A stretch of 64,000 bases of DNA, taken from positions 40,908,689-40,972,688 of the forward strand of contig NC_090396.1 in NCBI RefSeq assembly GCF_036365525.1, written 5' to 3'. A program made the translations under genes and the position numbers. This DNA comes from Heterodontus francisci. Taxonomy: Eukaryota. A model generated the notes under the pieces. That model had not been told where the DNA came from, ran no database searches, and saw only the letters and a program-made list of their open reading frames with translations. Position 1 is the stretch's first letter, and every line of letters begins with the position of its first letter. Below are positions 12,001-27,000 of the stretch, piece by piece.

Positions 12001-15000
12001 GAAGCAATCTTAATGCACACGTTAATAGCTCATGGTTTTGGGTGTAATACATTATCGTGGATAGAGGACTGGCTAAGTAACAGGGAACAGAATTTTGGAA
12101 TAAATGGGTCATTTTCAGGATGGCAAACTGTAACTATTGGGGTGCCACAGGGATCAGTGCTGGGGCCTCAACTATTTATAATCTATATTATTGACTTGAA
12201 TGAAGGGACACAGTCTATTTTTGCCAAATTTGCTGATGACGCAAAGAAGGTGAGAAAGGCAGCGGTGAGGAGGCCATGAAGAGTCTGATAAGGAAAAAAG
12301 ATAGGTTACGTGAGTGGGCAAATATTTGACAGCTGGAGTATAACGTGGGAAAATGTGAGGTTATCCACTTTGGTTGGAAGAATAGAAAAGCAGAATATTA
12401 TTTAAATTGAGAGCGACTACAGAATGCTGCAGTACAGAGGGATCTGGGTGACCTTGTATATGAATCACAAAAAGTCAGCATGCAAGCATAGCAAGTAATT
12501 ATGAAGGCAAATGGAATGTTGGCCTTTATTGCAAGGGGGATGGAGTATAAAAGTAGGGAAGCCTTGCTACAACTGTACAGGATATTGGTTAGACCGCACC
12601 TAGAGTACAGCGTACAGTTTTGATCTTATTTAAGGGAGGGTGTACTTGCATTGGAGGCAGTTCAGAAAAGGTTCACTAGGTTGATTCCTGGGATGAAGAG
12701 GTTGCCTTGTGAGGGAAGGTTGAGCAGGTTGGGTCTATACTCATTGGAGTTAGAAGGAAAGGTGATCTTATTGAAACATATAAGATTCTGTGGGGGCTTG
12801 ACAGAGGAGATGCTGTGGATGTTTTCCTTTGTGGGGAAATCTAGAGCTAGGGTGCATAAAGGTCTCCCAATTTAGACAGAGATGAGAGGAGGAATTTCTT
12901 CTCTTGGAGGGTCATTAATCTTTGGAATTAAGTTCCCCAGAGAACAGTGGAGGCTGTCATTGAATATATTCAAGGCTGAGTTAGACAAATTTTTGATCTA
13001 CAAGGGAGTTAAAGGTTATAGAGGGCAGGCAGGAAAGTGGAGTTGATGCCATGATCAGATCAGTCATGATCTTATTGAATGGTGGAGTCAGAAGGCAGTG
13101 TTGCTGGATTTTTCCAAGGAGTTCTGAGGACTTTGAAGGCCTGTCAGCAGAAGGCCTGCTATCACTCATGGGGGCTATAGTTGCAGTCACTCTTGGACTG
13201 CAGCGCTAGTTAATGGAGCACAGGAAGCAGAGTAGGGAGGCTGTGCACCAAGGGAGCAGGAAGAAGGCTCTAAATAGAAGGCCTTACCCAGCTAGTGTCT
13301 TCAGGGAGCACTTCTCCGACCTGCACCTTAGCCAGGAGCAGTGTCTGAGGCAACTTTGATTCACCAAGGATGTGGCCATTGAACTGTGCCACCTCCTCCA
13401 ACCAGACTACAGCCACAGAGCAGGGTGTGGACAGCAATACCAATGGTCATCAAGATCACTGTGGCCCTCAATTGCTATGCAAGCAGATCCTTCCAAGTGG
13501 GAGCAGGTGACAGTGCAAACATATGACAGTTCGCAATGCATTGCTGAATCAGGGAAGTGACAGAGGCGATGTACACCAGGAGAGGGAATTTAATAGTCTT
13601 CTCTCTAAGCAGAGAGAAGCAGAAGGAGTGGGCACGTGGCTTTGCCAGGGTAGCGGGATTCCCAGTGGTGCAGGGAGCCATCAACTGCATGCACGTGGTA
13701 CAACAGGAGGCACATATTAATGGGGAATGTGCCAGAACCGCAAGGTCTATCACTCCCTTAATGTGCAACATTGCACAGTGCATCATGTCTGTGAATGCTC
13801 AGAATCCCGGCAGCAGCCACAACATTTTCATTCTGTGCCAGTCAGCAGTTCCTGCCATATTTGAGCCACCACAATGAACTAGAGGCTGACTGTTTGGTGG
13901 CAAGGGCTATGCGCTCTATACATGGCTCATGACTCCGTTCCACTACCCAAGCACACATGAACAGCATGTGAACATCAAGAACCATTCTGCCATCTGGAAC
14001 GTCATGGAGCAAGCCATCAACGGTCTAAAACAATGGTTCCAATGCCAGACAACTCAGGGGAAGCACTCCAGTACTTGCCAGGGAATTTCTTCCATATCAT
14101 GGCGGTCTGCTTCATACTCCACAATCTTGTTCAATGAGGGTGCTGCCCTTACAGTCAGCTCTTCAGCCTGGATCTCTGGAGGAGGAGAAAGGGAGGAGGC
14201 ATCTGGGAGCCCTTGCTATGATCAGACCGTCTGTGAGTGACTAATCTGACTCCAGTTCCCCTAAAATCTCATTCTCACATCACCATTGCTCCACAATTCC
14301 TTACTTTTCCATCACACTACTATGGACCATTACAGCACCCTCTGAGCCAAAGCCCTGAAATAAATGACACCACAAAATACCTTTCCATAACAATTTTATC
14401 CAACAACACTTCCTATAATACATACAAATTGAACCGTGCACCCTTGTGCATTTCCTAAATCTTACAGGAGTCTTTGCCTGGCCTAGTGCTGCTATGCAGT
14501 GTTACCCCATGGCTGGTGGAAAGCTGCTGACTTTCATTGAGGGAAATTGCAGATGATCTTGGAGGATGACCTCAAGCAGCTCTGGGCCTTGAGGGCTCAG
14601 CTTCAGAACTCACCTTGGCCTGGGCAGCAGCAGTCTGGGCTGGCTGGCTGAGAGGGAACAGCAAGGGCACTGGTGGAGTGGCAGTGGTGGGAGCACGAAT
14701 GCTGTCATCCTGATCCACTGCCACTCCCTTGAGGTGGTACCTCATCCTGGTAATCTGCTGGAGAACAGATTGCTGGACTGCTGTGTGACCCTGTAAGCCC
14801 CTGTGAGCACTGGAATCTGAGCCTCAGTCTGAGCTTCCACTGCAGCACTTAAATGTTGGGTGGCTTCTGCCTGTGCTGTGATAGAAACTGAGACATCAGC
14901 CAGCAGGTACAGCATCATGGCTAAGTCTGTAAGTGATGTCATGGAGTTGGCCACCACTTCAATGCTGAAAAGGATGGGCCCCAAGCTCTGCACAAAGCTC

Positions 15001-18000
15001 TGTGTCAAGTTGGAGCTGGACTCTTCAATGTTCCTTAACAGTGATAACATGATCTCTGGCAGACCTGTCTATGAACCAACATTTCTGTGTGCCCATCAGC
15101 ATTCTCCTGTGTACCAACCCATCGGAATCCTTATCCGAGTCATTTGTAACAAAACCTGTCTGCAAACTTGCCCTCTGGGGATCAGGCATAGGTGATATAA
15201 AAGCAAAATACTGCGGATGCTGGAAATCTGAAATAAAAACAAGAAATGCTGGAACCACTCAGCAGGTCTGGCAGCATCTGTGGAAAGAGAAGCAGAGTTA
15301 ACGTTTCGGGTCAGTGACCCTTCATCGGCATAGGTGATCCTTTCCTCCTGGCCTGACTACAGCCCACTCATGCCCAGTGACTCACCACGAGCTGACGCCA
15401 CCTCTAAGCTGTGCTCTAAAGTGTAGTAAGTGTCAGTATCTGAACTGCTGGTGTCAGATTCAGAGACGATGCTTCTTCATCAGATGTATCCTCTTGCTCC
15501 TACCTTTCATTGTCAGGCTACAGTGACTGGCCATGTGGCAGTTCTTGGGCATCTGAAAGCAGAAATGCAGAAAGGGAGGGTTAGGCTGAAGGAAGGGGGT
15601 GGTGTTCAAAACAAGAGGTTCATTGTCACACCATCTGTCGCTTGCACTTCACAGCAGATTGCAGGATGAGGATGAGGGTGAGGTAGGATTTGAGAAGGTA
15701 CACAAGGCAGGAACACACTGCCATCCTGAATGTTCTCACCGGCAATGGATGCAGTAGCCTCAGTCACTGCCGGCCTATAATGCGGAGCACCGTCTCCTCC
15801 ACAAGGGGCTGGAGATGCAGGCATGCCTGTTCCCTGCCAGTTCCCTGCTGCTCCTTCCTGTTATGTGCCACCTTGCCCTGCAAGATAGAGGGAGAGTGTC
15901 CGTGAATGTGTTGCAATGTGTTTGGGTGATGTGCCTGTCATGGCTCAATTGCTGGAAGTATGTGGAAACAGCAAGATGTGGTTGTGAAGCTTGCAGCAGT
16001 GTGAGAGTGAGGTGGAGCATCTGAATTTTAGGCACAATTGCTGATTGCTGAAGATTGAGCTGTGGTGCATTAAGTAGTGTGAGAGGTTGCTGGTGCAGTG
16101 GATAGGAGATGTCTTTGGAAGATGCATTACTGACCTTGGCCACTTGTGAAGTTACTGAACTTTTTCTGGCACTGCAGCCAGGTTCTACGGGCCAGCTCTT
16201 GGAATTCACCTCCCTGGCTGTCTGCTCCCATTCCCTTCGCACTGTATACATGCAGGGCCTCCTGGCCCCCGAGGAACCATAACCTCTCTCCTCCTTTTAA
16301 CCTCCTGGTCTAACACCTCCAGGGCCCGAGCAGAGAACTTGGAAGCCCTCTCTCTGACCTGTTGTTCCATTTTTCTGACTTGTTCCTTCCTTCAAAGACT
16401 TTAACAATCAGTTCCACCAGCTGCTGCAGCTTGAATGCACCTCCCCTTTGAGAGGGGCAGGCTGCTTTTAAGGAGTACAGACTAGTTGTTAGTCATGTTC
16501 GCCACGCATGCACCTGGGCCTCCTGCAAAGCGTGCAGCCATTCAGCAATGTATTCCACATGGGGCTGCAAGCCACTATCATTGAGGTGAGCAAGCAGCAT
16601 GAAATTTGCGTGCCACGTGGATCATCGTGACCGGGTGTGGGGTACTTGCAGATTGTGATCCCTGTGCCCTCTAACAGGCCTAATCAAATTTTTAGCCCCT
16701 AGTCTCTCAGCTGTTGCAAGGCAGCCTTCTTTTTCCAGCAATATGAAATGTTTGAGATTACACATAATGATCACTTCTTTCTACACCTCTGCTCTTTAGG
16801 GGAGGCGGTGGCGTAGTGGTATTATCACTGGACTAGTAACCCAGAGACCCAGCATATTGATCTGGAGACATGGGTTCGAATCCCACCACAGCAGAAGGTG
16901 GAATTTGAATTTAATTAATAAATCTGGAATTAAAAGCTAGTCTAATGGCCATGAAACCATTGTCGATTGTTGTAAAACCCTATCTGGTTCACTAATGTCC
17001 TTTAGGGAAGGAAATCTGCGGTTCTTACCTGGTCTGGCCTACATGTGACTCCAGACCCACAGCAATGTGGTTAACTCTTACATGCCCTCTGAAATGGCCT
17101 AGTAAGCCACTCAGTTGTACCTAACCGCTACGGACCACCCGGCATCGACCTAGGCACCGGAAACGACAACGGCAAACCCAGCCCTGTCGACCCTGCAAAG
17201 TTGTCCTTACTAACATCTGGGGGCTTGTGCCAAAGTTGGGAGAGCTGTCCCACAGACTAGTCAAGCAACAACTGACATAGTCATACTCACGGAATCATAC
17301 CTTACAGACAATGTCCCAGACACTGCAATCACTATCCCTGGGTTTGTCCTTTCCCACTGGCAAGACAGACCCAGCAGAGTTGGCGGGACAGTGGTCTACA
17401 GTAGGGAAGGAGTTGCCCTGGCAGTCCTCAACATTGACTCCCCACCCCATGAAGTCTCATGGCATCAGGTCAAACATGGGCAAGGTAACCTCCTACTGAT
17501 TACCACCTATCACCCTCCCTCAGCTGATGAGTCAGTACTCCTTCATGTTGAACACCACTTGGAGGAAGCACTGAGGCTGGCAAGGGCACAAAATGTACTC
17601 TGGGTGGGGGACTTCAATGTCCATCACCAAGAGTGGCTTGGTTGCACCACTACTGACCGAGCTGGCCGAGTCCTAAAGGACATAGTTGCTAGACTGGGTC
17701 TGCGGCAGGTGGTGGGGGAACCAACACGAGGGAAAAACATACTTGACCTTGTCCTCACCAATCTGCCTGCCGCAGATGCTTCTGTCCATGACTGTATTGG
17801 TAGGAGTGACCACCGTACAGCCATTGTGGAGACGAAGCCCAGCCTTCACATTGAGGACCATCCATCGTGTTGTGTGGTACTATCACCGTGCTAAGTGGGA
17901 TAGATTTCGAACAGATCTAGCAATGCAAAACTGGGCATCCATGAAGCGCTGTGGGTCATCTGCAGCAGCAGAATTGTACTTAACCACAATCTGTAACCTC

Positions 18001-21000
18001 ATGGCCCAGCATAACCCCCACTCTACCATTACCATCAAGCCAGGAGACCAATCCTGGTTCAGTGAAGAGTGCAGGAGGGCATGCCAGGAGCAGCACCAGG
18101 TGCTGAGGTGTCAACCTGGTGAAGCTACAACACAGGACTACTTGCATGCCAAACTGCATAAGCAACATGCAATAGACAGAGCTAAGCGATCCCACAACCA
18201 GCAGATCAGATCTAAACTCTGCAGTCCTGCCACATCCAGCTGTGAATGATGGTGGACAATTAAACAACTAACTGGAGGAGGTGGCTCCACAAATATCCCC
18301 ATCCTCAATGATGGGGGAGCCCAGCACATCAGTCCGAAAGAAAAGGCAGATGCATTTGCAACAATCTTCAGCCAGAAGTGCCGAGTTGATGATCCATCTT
18401 GGCTACCTCCTGAAGTCCCCAGCATCACAGATGACAGACTTCAGCCAATTCGATTCACTCTGTGTGATATCAAGAAACGACTGAAGGCACTGAATACTGC
18501 AAAGGCTATGGGTTCTGACAATATTCCGGCAATATTACTGAAGACCTGTGCTCCAGAACTTGCCGCATCCCTAGCCAAGCTGTTCCAGTATAGCTACAAC
18601 ACTGGCATCTACCCTGCAATGTGCAAAATTGCCCAGGTATGTCCTGTACACAAAAAGCAGGACAGGTCCAACCGAGCCAATTACCGCCCCATCATTCTAC
18701 TCTCAATCATCAGTAAAGTGATGGAAGGTGTCATCAACAGTGCCATCAAGCAGCATTTGCTTAGCAATAACCTGCTCAGTGATGCTCAGTTTGGGTTCCG
18801 CCAGGGCCACTCAGTTCCTGAGCTCATTACAGCCTTGGTTCAAACATGGACAAATGAGCTGAACTCAAGAGATGAGGTGAGAGTGACTGTCCTTGACATC
18901 AAGGCAGCATTTGACCGAGTATGGCATCAAGCAGCCCCAGCAAAACTGGAGTCAATGGGAATCAGGGGGAAAACTCTCTGCTGGTTGCTGTTATACCTAG
19001 CACAAAGGAAGATGGCTGTGGTTGTTGGAGGTCAATCATCTGAGCTCTAGGACATCACTGCAGGATTTCCTCAGGGTAGTGTCCTCGGCCCAATCATCTT
19101 CAACTGCTTCATCAATGATCTTCCTTCAATCATAAGGTCCAAAGTGGGGATGTGCGCTGATGATTGCAGAATGTTCAGCACCATTCGCGACTCCTCAAAT
19201 ACTGAAGCAGTCTGTGTAGAAATTCAGCAAGACCTGGACAATATCCAGGCTTAGGCTGATAAGTGGCAAGTAACATTTGCACCACACAAGTGCCAGGCAA
19301 TGACCATCTCCAACAAGATCTAACAGGATCTAACCATCTCCCCTTGACATTCAAAGGCATTGCCATCGCTGAGTCCCCCACTATCAACATCCTAGGGGTT
19401 ACCGTTGACCGGAAACTGAACTGGAGTAGCCATATAAATACCGTGGCTACAAGAGCAGGTCAGAGGCTAGGAATCCTGAGGCGAGTAACTCACCTCCTGA
19501 CTCCCCAAAGCCTGTCCATCATCTACAAGGCACAAGTCAGGAGTGTGGTGGAATACTCTCCACTTGCCTGGATGGGTGCAGCTCCAACAACACTCAAAAA
19601 GCTCAACACCATCCAGGACAAAGCAACCCGTTTGATTGGCACCACATCCACAAACATTCACTCCCTCCACTGCACAGTGGCAGCAGTGTGTACCATCTAC
19701 AAGATGCACTGCAGCAACGCACCAAAGCTTCTTAGACAGCACCTTCCAAACCCACGACCTCTACCACCTTGAAGGACAAGAGCAGCAGATGCATGGGAAC
19801 ATCACCACTCGCAAGTTCCAGTCCAAGTCACACACCATCCTGATTTGAAACGATATCGCCGTTCCTTCACTGTCGCTGGGTCAAAATCCTGGAACTCCCT
19901 TCCTACCAGCACTGTACCTACCTCAGATGGACTGCAGAGGTTCAAGAAGGCAGCTCACCACCACTTTCTCAAGGGCAATTAGGAATGGGCAATAAATGCT
20001 GGCATAGCCAGTGACGCCCACCTCCCATGAATGAATTTTAAAAATTAAGGAAATATTTACACAAATGGTAAGTTTTCTTTTATAATTGATTCCATTCAGA
20101 CCTTTCTGATTGTACTGACTATATTTTTAATTGTGTCTTTTACAGAAGATCATGTTTCCCAGTCTCCTTTCATTGTACAAGTGAAAAAAGGAGAATCAGT
20201 TTCAATGAACTGTGAATTTTCATCCACAAAAGGGACTGTTGTGGGCACTTATTTTAGAAGGAACCTTTTAAATCCTATTGATCTGGTTTACTTCTACAAA
20301 GAAAACATTACAGTACGGGCATCATATACCAATCGTCTTGTGTGTGAAGGAAACATGAAAAACTTCACCGTAACCCTCAATAATCTCCATGAAAGTGACA
20401 TAGATATTTATTACTGTATCTTTGGAATACGTAATAACAAAGTATCGGATTATTCTGGACAAGGAACAATGTTAATCGTGTCAGGTATGTTTCATGTTTC
20501 AAATATTCATCTGACATAATTTACTGAAGTAAAGCCTCTACTTAAAAACAATTTACATGGATAAAAATGGATATGTGAGGGCACATGACATTTTGCTTGT
20601 TGTCATTCATTTTGTACATACAGGAATCCAAAACAAATAGAAATTCCATCCATTCTGATCATTTGTCCTTGAACAAATCCATCCGTTTGTTCATTCAACA
20701 ATTTTTTTTAACCTTTTGTAAGAAATAGCTTAAATGGTATTAGGCAGTTTTATCTTGAGGAGTTACCTTGAATCTTATCAAAACAACAATCTTTCCTGAT
20801 CAAGGTAAAAATCCAAAAATGCTGCAGGAATCTTTTGGATGGCACATTGTTTGGAAAAATCAACATGTTAAGATGGAAAGAGGACATTGTCCTGACATTA
20901 TTCTTTCCCTCTTTATTCAGGCAGATTCCCATTGATCTTATGTGAGATTGAGTAAATTGAACATTACGTGTTGGGGAAACTGGATGATGCAGTGAATTAA

Positions 21001-24000
21001 AATGTTAGCCAGTGCTAATCTAACCCAGCAGAGGGTATTTTACTTCCTTTGGGTTTATTTTATATTGTTGTGGCCTATTGGTGGACTGCCTGATACTAAC
21101 ACTGACTCTGGGAGTTAAAAGTGAAGAAATGTTCCATTTTTTACAAATGGCATTATTCTCCTCCTAAGGTCTACAATTCACTTTGAAGATCTGTTCAAAA
21201 AAAAACACTGGAATGCATGAATGTTTTGGGCAGAAGAAGACTATTGGTCCATCTTAGTGTCAGCCTTGGCTTAAGAGTAGCACTGTCACCTCCAAGTCAG
21301 AAGGTTGTGGGCTTAAGCCCCACTCCTGAGAGATTTAAGCATCTAATCCAGGCTGACGCTTTGGTACTGCTGTGTCCGGAGGTACCATCTTTTGAACTGG
21401 TGCTCCATCTGTCCTCTCTGCTGGGCATAAAAATATCCCATGGCACTATTTAAAGAAGAGCAGAGGAATTCTCATGGTGTTCTGGCCAATATTAATCCCT
21501 CAACCAACATCAGTAAAGGAAACCCACAGATTATCAAGTCGTGTATTTTATTGCTGTATGTGGAACCTTGCTGTGGGTAAATTGGCTGCCACATTTTCTG
21601 ACATAACAATAGTGATGATAGTTCAAAAGTACTTCATTGGCTGTAAAGTGCTTTGGTACATCCTGAAGTCATAAAAGACACTATAAAAATACAGGTTCTT
21701 ATCTGTTTCCTTTCTTGCTCCTGTACCTCCAAATGCCCCATGAATTTCCTTTTGGTGATTCTGGTACAAATAACTGTTTTTCTTTTCATAGTAGAAATTC
21801 ATTCGGTCTTTTCAAAACCAACCTTGATTTTCTCTTCCACCATTGCTGCTGATATTCTATTCCAGAATTCTATCATCCTCTTGTTGCAAAATGTTGGTTA
21901 AAATTTGTATTATCTTTTGGCATCTTTAACTTTAAATTGTGTCTTTTAGTCCTTGAATCATGTGCCCGAAAGAAGAGTCATAGAGTCATAGAGTCATTTA
22001 CGGCACAGAAAGAGACCATTTGGCCCATCGAGTCCATGCGGCTCTTTGTGGAGCAATCCAATCAGTCCCACACCCATCTCAATCCCCATACCCTTGTCGC
22101 CACATGGGGAGCACTGAGTGGGGGAGGTGGTGGGATCTTGGTGCCTGATTGAGAGACCAGCATCAGGAAGGGGGTACACGCTGAGAGCCACACCCCTACC
22201 CTTGCTACTGACCCCCCTCTACCCATGAAACCCCTCCCGCCATGATTCACCGGATGTCTGTGCTCTCAGCGAACCTAGGCCTCAGGTCGGTGCTCTACCG
22301 GCAGCAGCTATTGCCTTTGCGGTGGCGCTGCTCAGTAAAAGAGCTGCCGGCCTCTGATTGGCCAACAGGTCTCAGCAAGGAACTTCCATCACCGGTCCAT
22401 AAGGCCCGCTGTTGCCATTTAAGTGCCTGATTGGCATATGATGTGGTGGAACTTTCCGAAAAGAGACGTGGGTCTCTTGCTGGCCCTTCAGCTGGTGGCC
22501 AAGACACCTGTCGCCTAAATAAAATATTGTCCACTCACCTGTCTTTCACTGTCACTGGGTCAAAAACCTGCAACTCCCTTCCTAACAGCACTGTGGGTGA
22601 AAGTACACTAGATGGACTGCAGCGATTCAAGAAGGTGGCTCACCATCACCTTCTCAAGGGCAAATAGGGATGGGTAATAAATGCTGGCTTAGCCAGCAAT
22701 GCTCACATCCCATGAAACAATAAAAATAAGAAAAAGTGTTCTAATCAGTGGCATAACATAGTCTGTCTTCTGTACTTCATTCTTATCTTCCGTAAAGGAT
22801 ACAAAAACATTATGGAAAATGAAAATAATTTCATAACAATACGGAGATATAAATTGTGGAGTTCCTTTGTCAAAACAATGATACATCTTGTATTTTCTCA
22901 GAGCCCAACATGGAGCACTGTGCAGATGTTTGTGCAAACTGCAAAACAGTTTCATATCAGGATCCAGTTGTAATTGGTGTGATTGTTGCTGCAATCGTTG
23001 CCTTGTCTTGTGCACTAGTTCTGTCACTTTGGCGTGTAAGTTCCAAATTTCTTCATAACAAATAGTTCTTTATTGATATTAAATAATAAAAGTGAAACAA
23101 ATGAAATTAAATACAGGTAGTACTAGTGAACAATTATCCAGATTGTTAAAATATTAAAAACACACATTGTATATAATTTACCATCCATTAGAAAATGGAT
23201 ACATTTAAATCATACACTATTTGCTTTCTCAAGGCACCTGAGATATGTGCATTAAAAAAGATTATAGGGTGCCCCAATCTATGATGGTCCTCTAGCCTCC
23301 CTCCACTTGAAACTCGAGAAGATTTGTGATATAAGAAGCATCTAAGCAGCTGCTTTCCTTTTTGCGACTTCTGATTCTTTTGAAATATTAGACTAGTAGA
23401 AAAATACTAATGGTTTTACCAGTCTCAGACAAAAACTTAACACTGAAGTCAAAGATTATCAAATTGATAATATTAGGACCTGAAAATTTATGGGGTGCAA
23501 TTCTAGTAGTTTCTCAATGATGATATGTACTGCAGAAGCCCAGGACCATATGTATGACAAGCTCCATAGGGACTGCTGAACTCCTGGATCACAGCGACTG
23601 CTGAACTCCTGGATCACAGCGACTGCTGAACTCCAGGATCACGGGGACTGCTGAACTCCAGGATCACAATGACTGCTGAACTCCAGGATCACACAGACTG
23701 CTGAATTCCACGATCACACGGACTGTTGAACTCCAGGATCACACGGACTGCTTAACTCCAGGATCACTTGGACTGCTGAACTCCACGATCACAGGGACTG
23801 CTGAACTCCAGGATCACATGGACTGCTGAACTCCAGGATCACACGGACTACTGAATTCCACGATCACACGGACTGCTGACCTCCAGGATCACACGGACTA
23901 CTGAATTCCACGATCACACGGACTGCTGAACTCCAGGATCACACGGACTGCTTAACTCCAGGATCACACAGACTGCTGAACTCCAGGATCACATGGACTA

Positions 24001-27000
24001 CTGAACTCCAGGATCACATGGACTGCTGAACTCCAGGATCACATGGGGACTGCTGAACTCCAGGAACACGGGGACTGCTGAACTCCAGGATCACATGGAC
24101 TACTGAACTCCAGGATCACATGGACTGCTGAACTCCAGGATCACGGGGACTGCTGAACTCCAGGATCACACAGACTGCTGAACTCCAGGATCACACAGAC
24201 TGCTGAATTCCACGATCACACGGACTGTTGAACTCCAGGATCACACGGACTGCTTAACTCCAGGAACACGGGGACTGCTGAACTCCAGGATCACATGGAC
24301 TAATGAACTCCAGGATCACATGGACTGCTGAACTCCAGGATCACACGGACTACTGAACTCCAGGATCACACGGACTGCTGAACTCCGGGATCACACGGAC
24401 TGCTGAACTCCAGGAACACGGGGACTGCTGAACTCCAGGATCACACGGACTGCTGAATTCCACGATCACACGGACTGCTGAACTCCAGCATCACGGGGAC
24501 TGCTGAACTCCAGGATCACACGGACTGCTGAATTCCACGATCACACGGACTGTTGAACTCCAGGATCACACGGACTGCTTAACTCCAGGATCACTTGGAC
24601 TGCTGAACTCCACGATCACAGGGACTGCTGAACTCCAGGATCACACGGACTGCTTAACTCCAGGATCACACGGACTGCTGAACTCCAGGATCACACGGAC
24701 TGCTTAACTCCAGGATCACACAGACTGCTGAACTCCACGATCACACGGACTGCTTAACTCCAGGATCACATGGACTGCTGAACTCCAGGATCAAATGGAC
24801 TGCTGAACTCCACGATCACACGGACTGCTGAACTCCACGATCACACGGACTGCTGAACTCCAGGATCACACGGACTGCTTAACTCCAGGATCACATGGAC
24901 TGCTGAACTCCAGGATCAAATGGACTGCTGAACTCCACGATCACACGGACTGCTGAACTCCACGATCACACGGACTGCTGAACTCCAGGATCACACGCAC
25001 TGCTGAACTCCAGGATCACATGGGGACTGCTGAACTCCAGGATCACATGGACTACTGAACTCCAGGATCACAAGGACTGCTGAACTCCAGGATCACACGG
25101 ACTACAGAACTCCAGGATCACACGGACTGCTGAACTCCAGGATCACACAGACTGCTGAACTCCGGGATCACATGGACTGCTGAACTCCAGGATCACATGG
25201 ACCGCTGAGCTCCAGGATCACACGGGGACTGCTGAACTCCAGGATCACACGGACCGCTGAGCTCCAGGATCACACATGGACTGCTGAACTCCAGGATCAC
25301 ATGGACTACTGAACTCCAGGATCACACGGACTGCTGAACTCCAGGATCACATGGACTACTGAACTCCAGGATCACATGGACTGCTGAACTCCAGGATCAC
25401 ACAGACTGCTGAACTCCAGGATCACATGGACTACTGAACTCCAGGATCACACGGGGACTACTGAACTCCAGGATCACATGGACTGCTGAACTCCAGGATC
25501 ACACAGACTGCTGAACTCCAGGATCACATGGACTACTGAACTCCAGGATCACACGGACTACTGAACTTCAGGATCACATGGACTGCTGAACCCCAGGATC
25601 ACACGGACTACTGAACTCCAGGATCACATGGACTGCTGAACTCCAGGATCACACGGACTGCTGAATTCCAGGATCACACGGACTACTGAACTCCAGGATC
25701 ACATAGACTGCTGAACTCCAGGATCACGGGGACTGCTGAACTCCAGCATCACGGGGACTGCTGAACTCCAGCATCACGGGGACTGCTGAACTCCAGGATC
25801 ACACAGACTGCTAAACTCCAGGATTACACAGACTGCTGAACTCCAGGATCACACGGACTGCTGAATTCCACGATCACACGGACTGTTGAACTCCAGGATC
25901 ACACGGACTGCTTAACTCCAGGATCACTTGGACTGCTGAACTCCACGATCACAGGGACTGCTGAACTCCAGGATCACATGGACTACTGAACTCCAGGATC
26001 ACACGGACTACTGAATTCCACGATCACACGGACTGCTGAACTCCAGGATCACACGGACTACTGAATTCCACGATCACACGGACTGCTGAACTCCAGGATC
26101 ACATGGACTACTGAACTCCAGGATCAAATGGACTGCTGAACTCCACGATCACACGGACTGCTGAACTCCAGGATCACATGGACTGCTGAACTCCAGGATC
26201 AAATGGACTGCTGAACTCCACGATCACACGGACTGCTGAACTCCACGATCACACGGACTGCTGAACTCCAGGATCACACGCACTGCTGAACTCCAGGATC
26301 ACATGGGGACTGCTGAACTCCAGGATCACATGGACTACTGAACTCCAGGATCACAAGGACTGCTGAACTCCAGGATCACACGGACTACAGAACTCCAGGA
26401 TCACACGGACTGCTGAACTCCAGGATCACACAGACTGCTGAACTCCGGGATCACATGGACTGCTGAACTCCAGGATCACATGGACCGCTGAGCTCCAGGA
26501 TCACACGGGGACTGCTGAACTCCAGGATCACACGGACCGCTGAGCTCCAGGATCACACATGGACTGCTGAACTCCAGGATCACATGGACTACTGAACTCC
26601 AGGATCACACGGACTGCTGAACTCCAGGATCACATGGACTACTGAACTCCAGGATCACATGGACTGCTGAACTCCAGGATCACACAGACTGCTGAACTCC
26701 AGGATCACATGGACTACTGAACTCCAGGATCACACGGGGACTACTGAACTCCAGGATCACATGGACTGCTGAACTCCAGGATCACACAGACTGCTGAACT
26801 CCAGGATCACATGGACTACTGAACTCCAGGATCACACGGACTACTGAACTTCAGGATCACATGGACTGCTGAACCCCAGGATCACACGGACTACTGAACT
26901 CCAGGATCACATGGACTGCTGAACTCCAGGATCACACGGACTGCTGAATTCCAGGATCACACGGACTACTGAACTCCAGGATCACATAGACTGCTGAACT

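Larger units (their letters stand above)
11647..16699. mobile_element. Degenerate autonomous-type Harbinger/PIF DNA transposon with nested insertions
   Basis: Imperfect TIRs (GGGCTGCAAAATTT / AAATTTTTAGCCCC) flanked by TAG; convergent transposase (+) and Myb/SANT (-) remnants. Confidence 0.7.

Noticed and set aside
13200-14250. Domesticated HARBI1 host gene (also 49500-50420)
   Set aside because: Multiple stops and frameshifts; the first lies within TIRs, so these are transposon fossils.
16799-16890. Functional tRNA genes (also the SINE heads at 7805, 35300, 62221)
   Set aside because: A/B boxes belong to retroelement heads; no complete cloverleaf or terminator seen.
20146-20484. CD28/CTLA4/ICOS or a rearranging TCR/Ig V segment
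   Set aside because: No MYPPPY-like loop, no RSS, and the G strand is encoded in the same exon; the Trp-less C strand and YEDM tail fit CD7 better.
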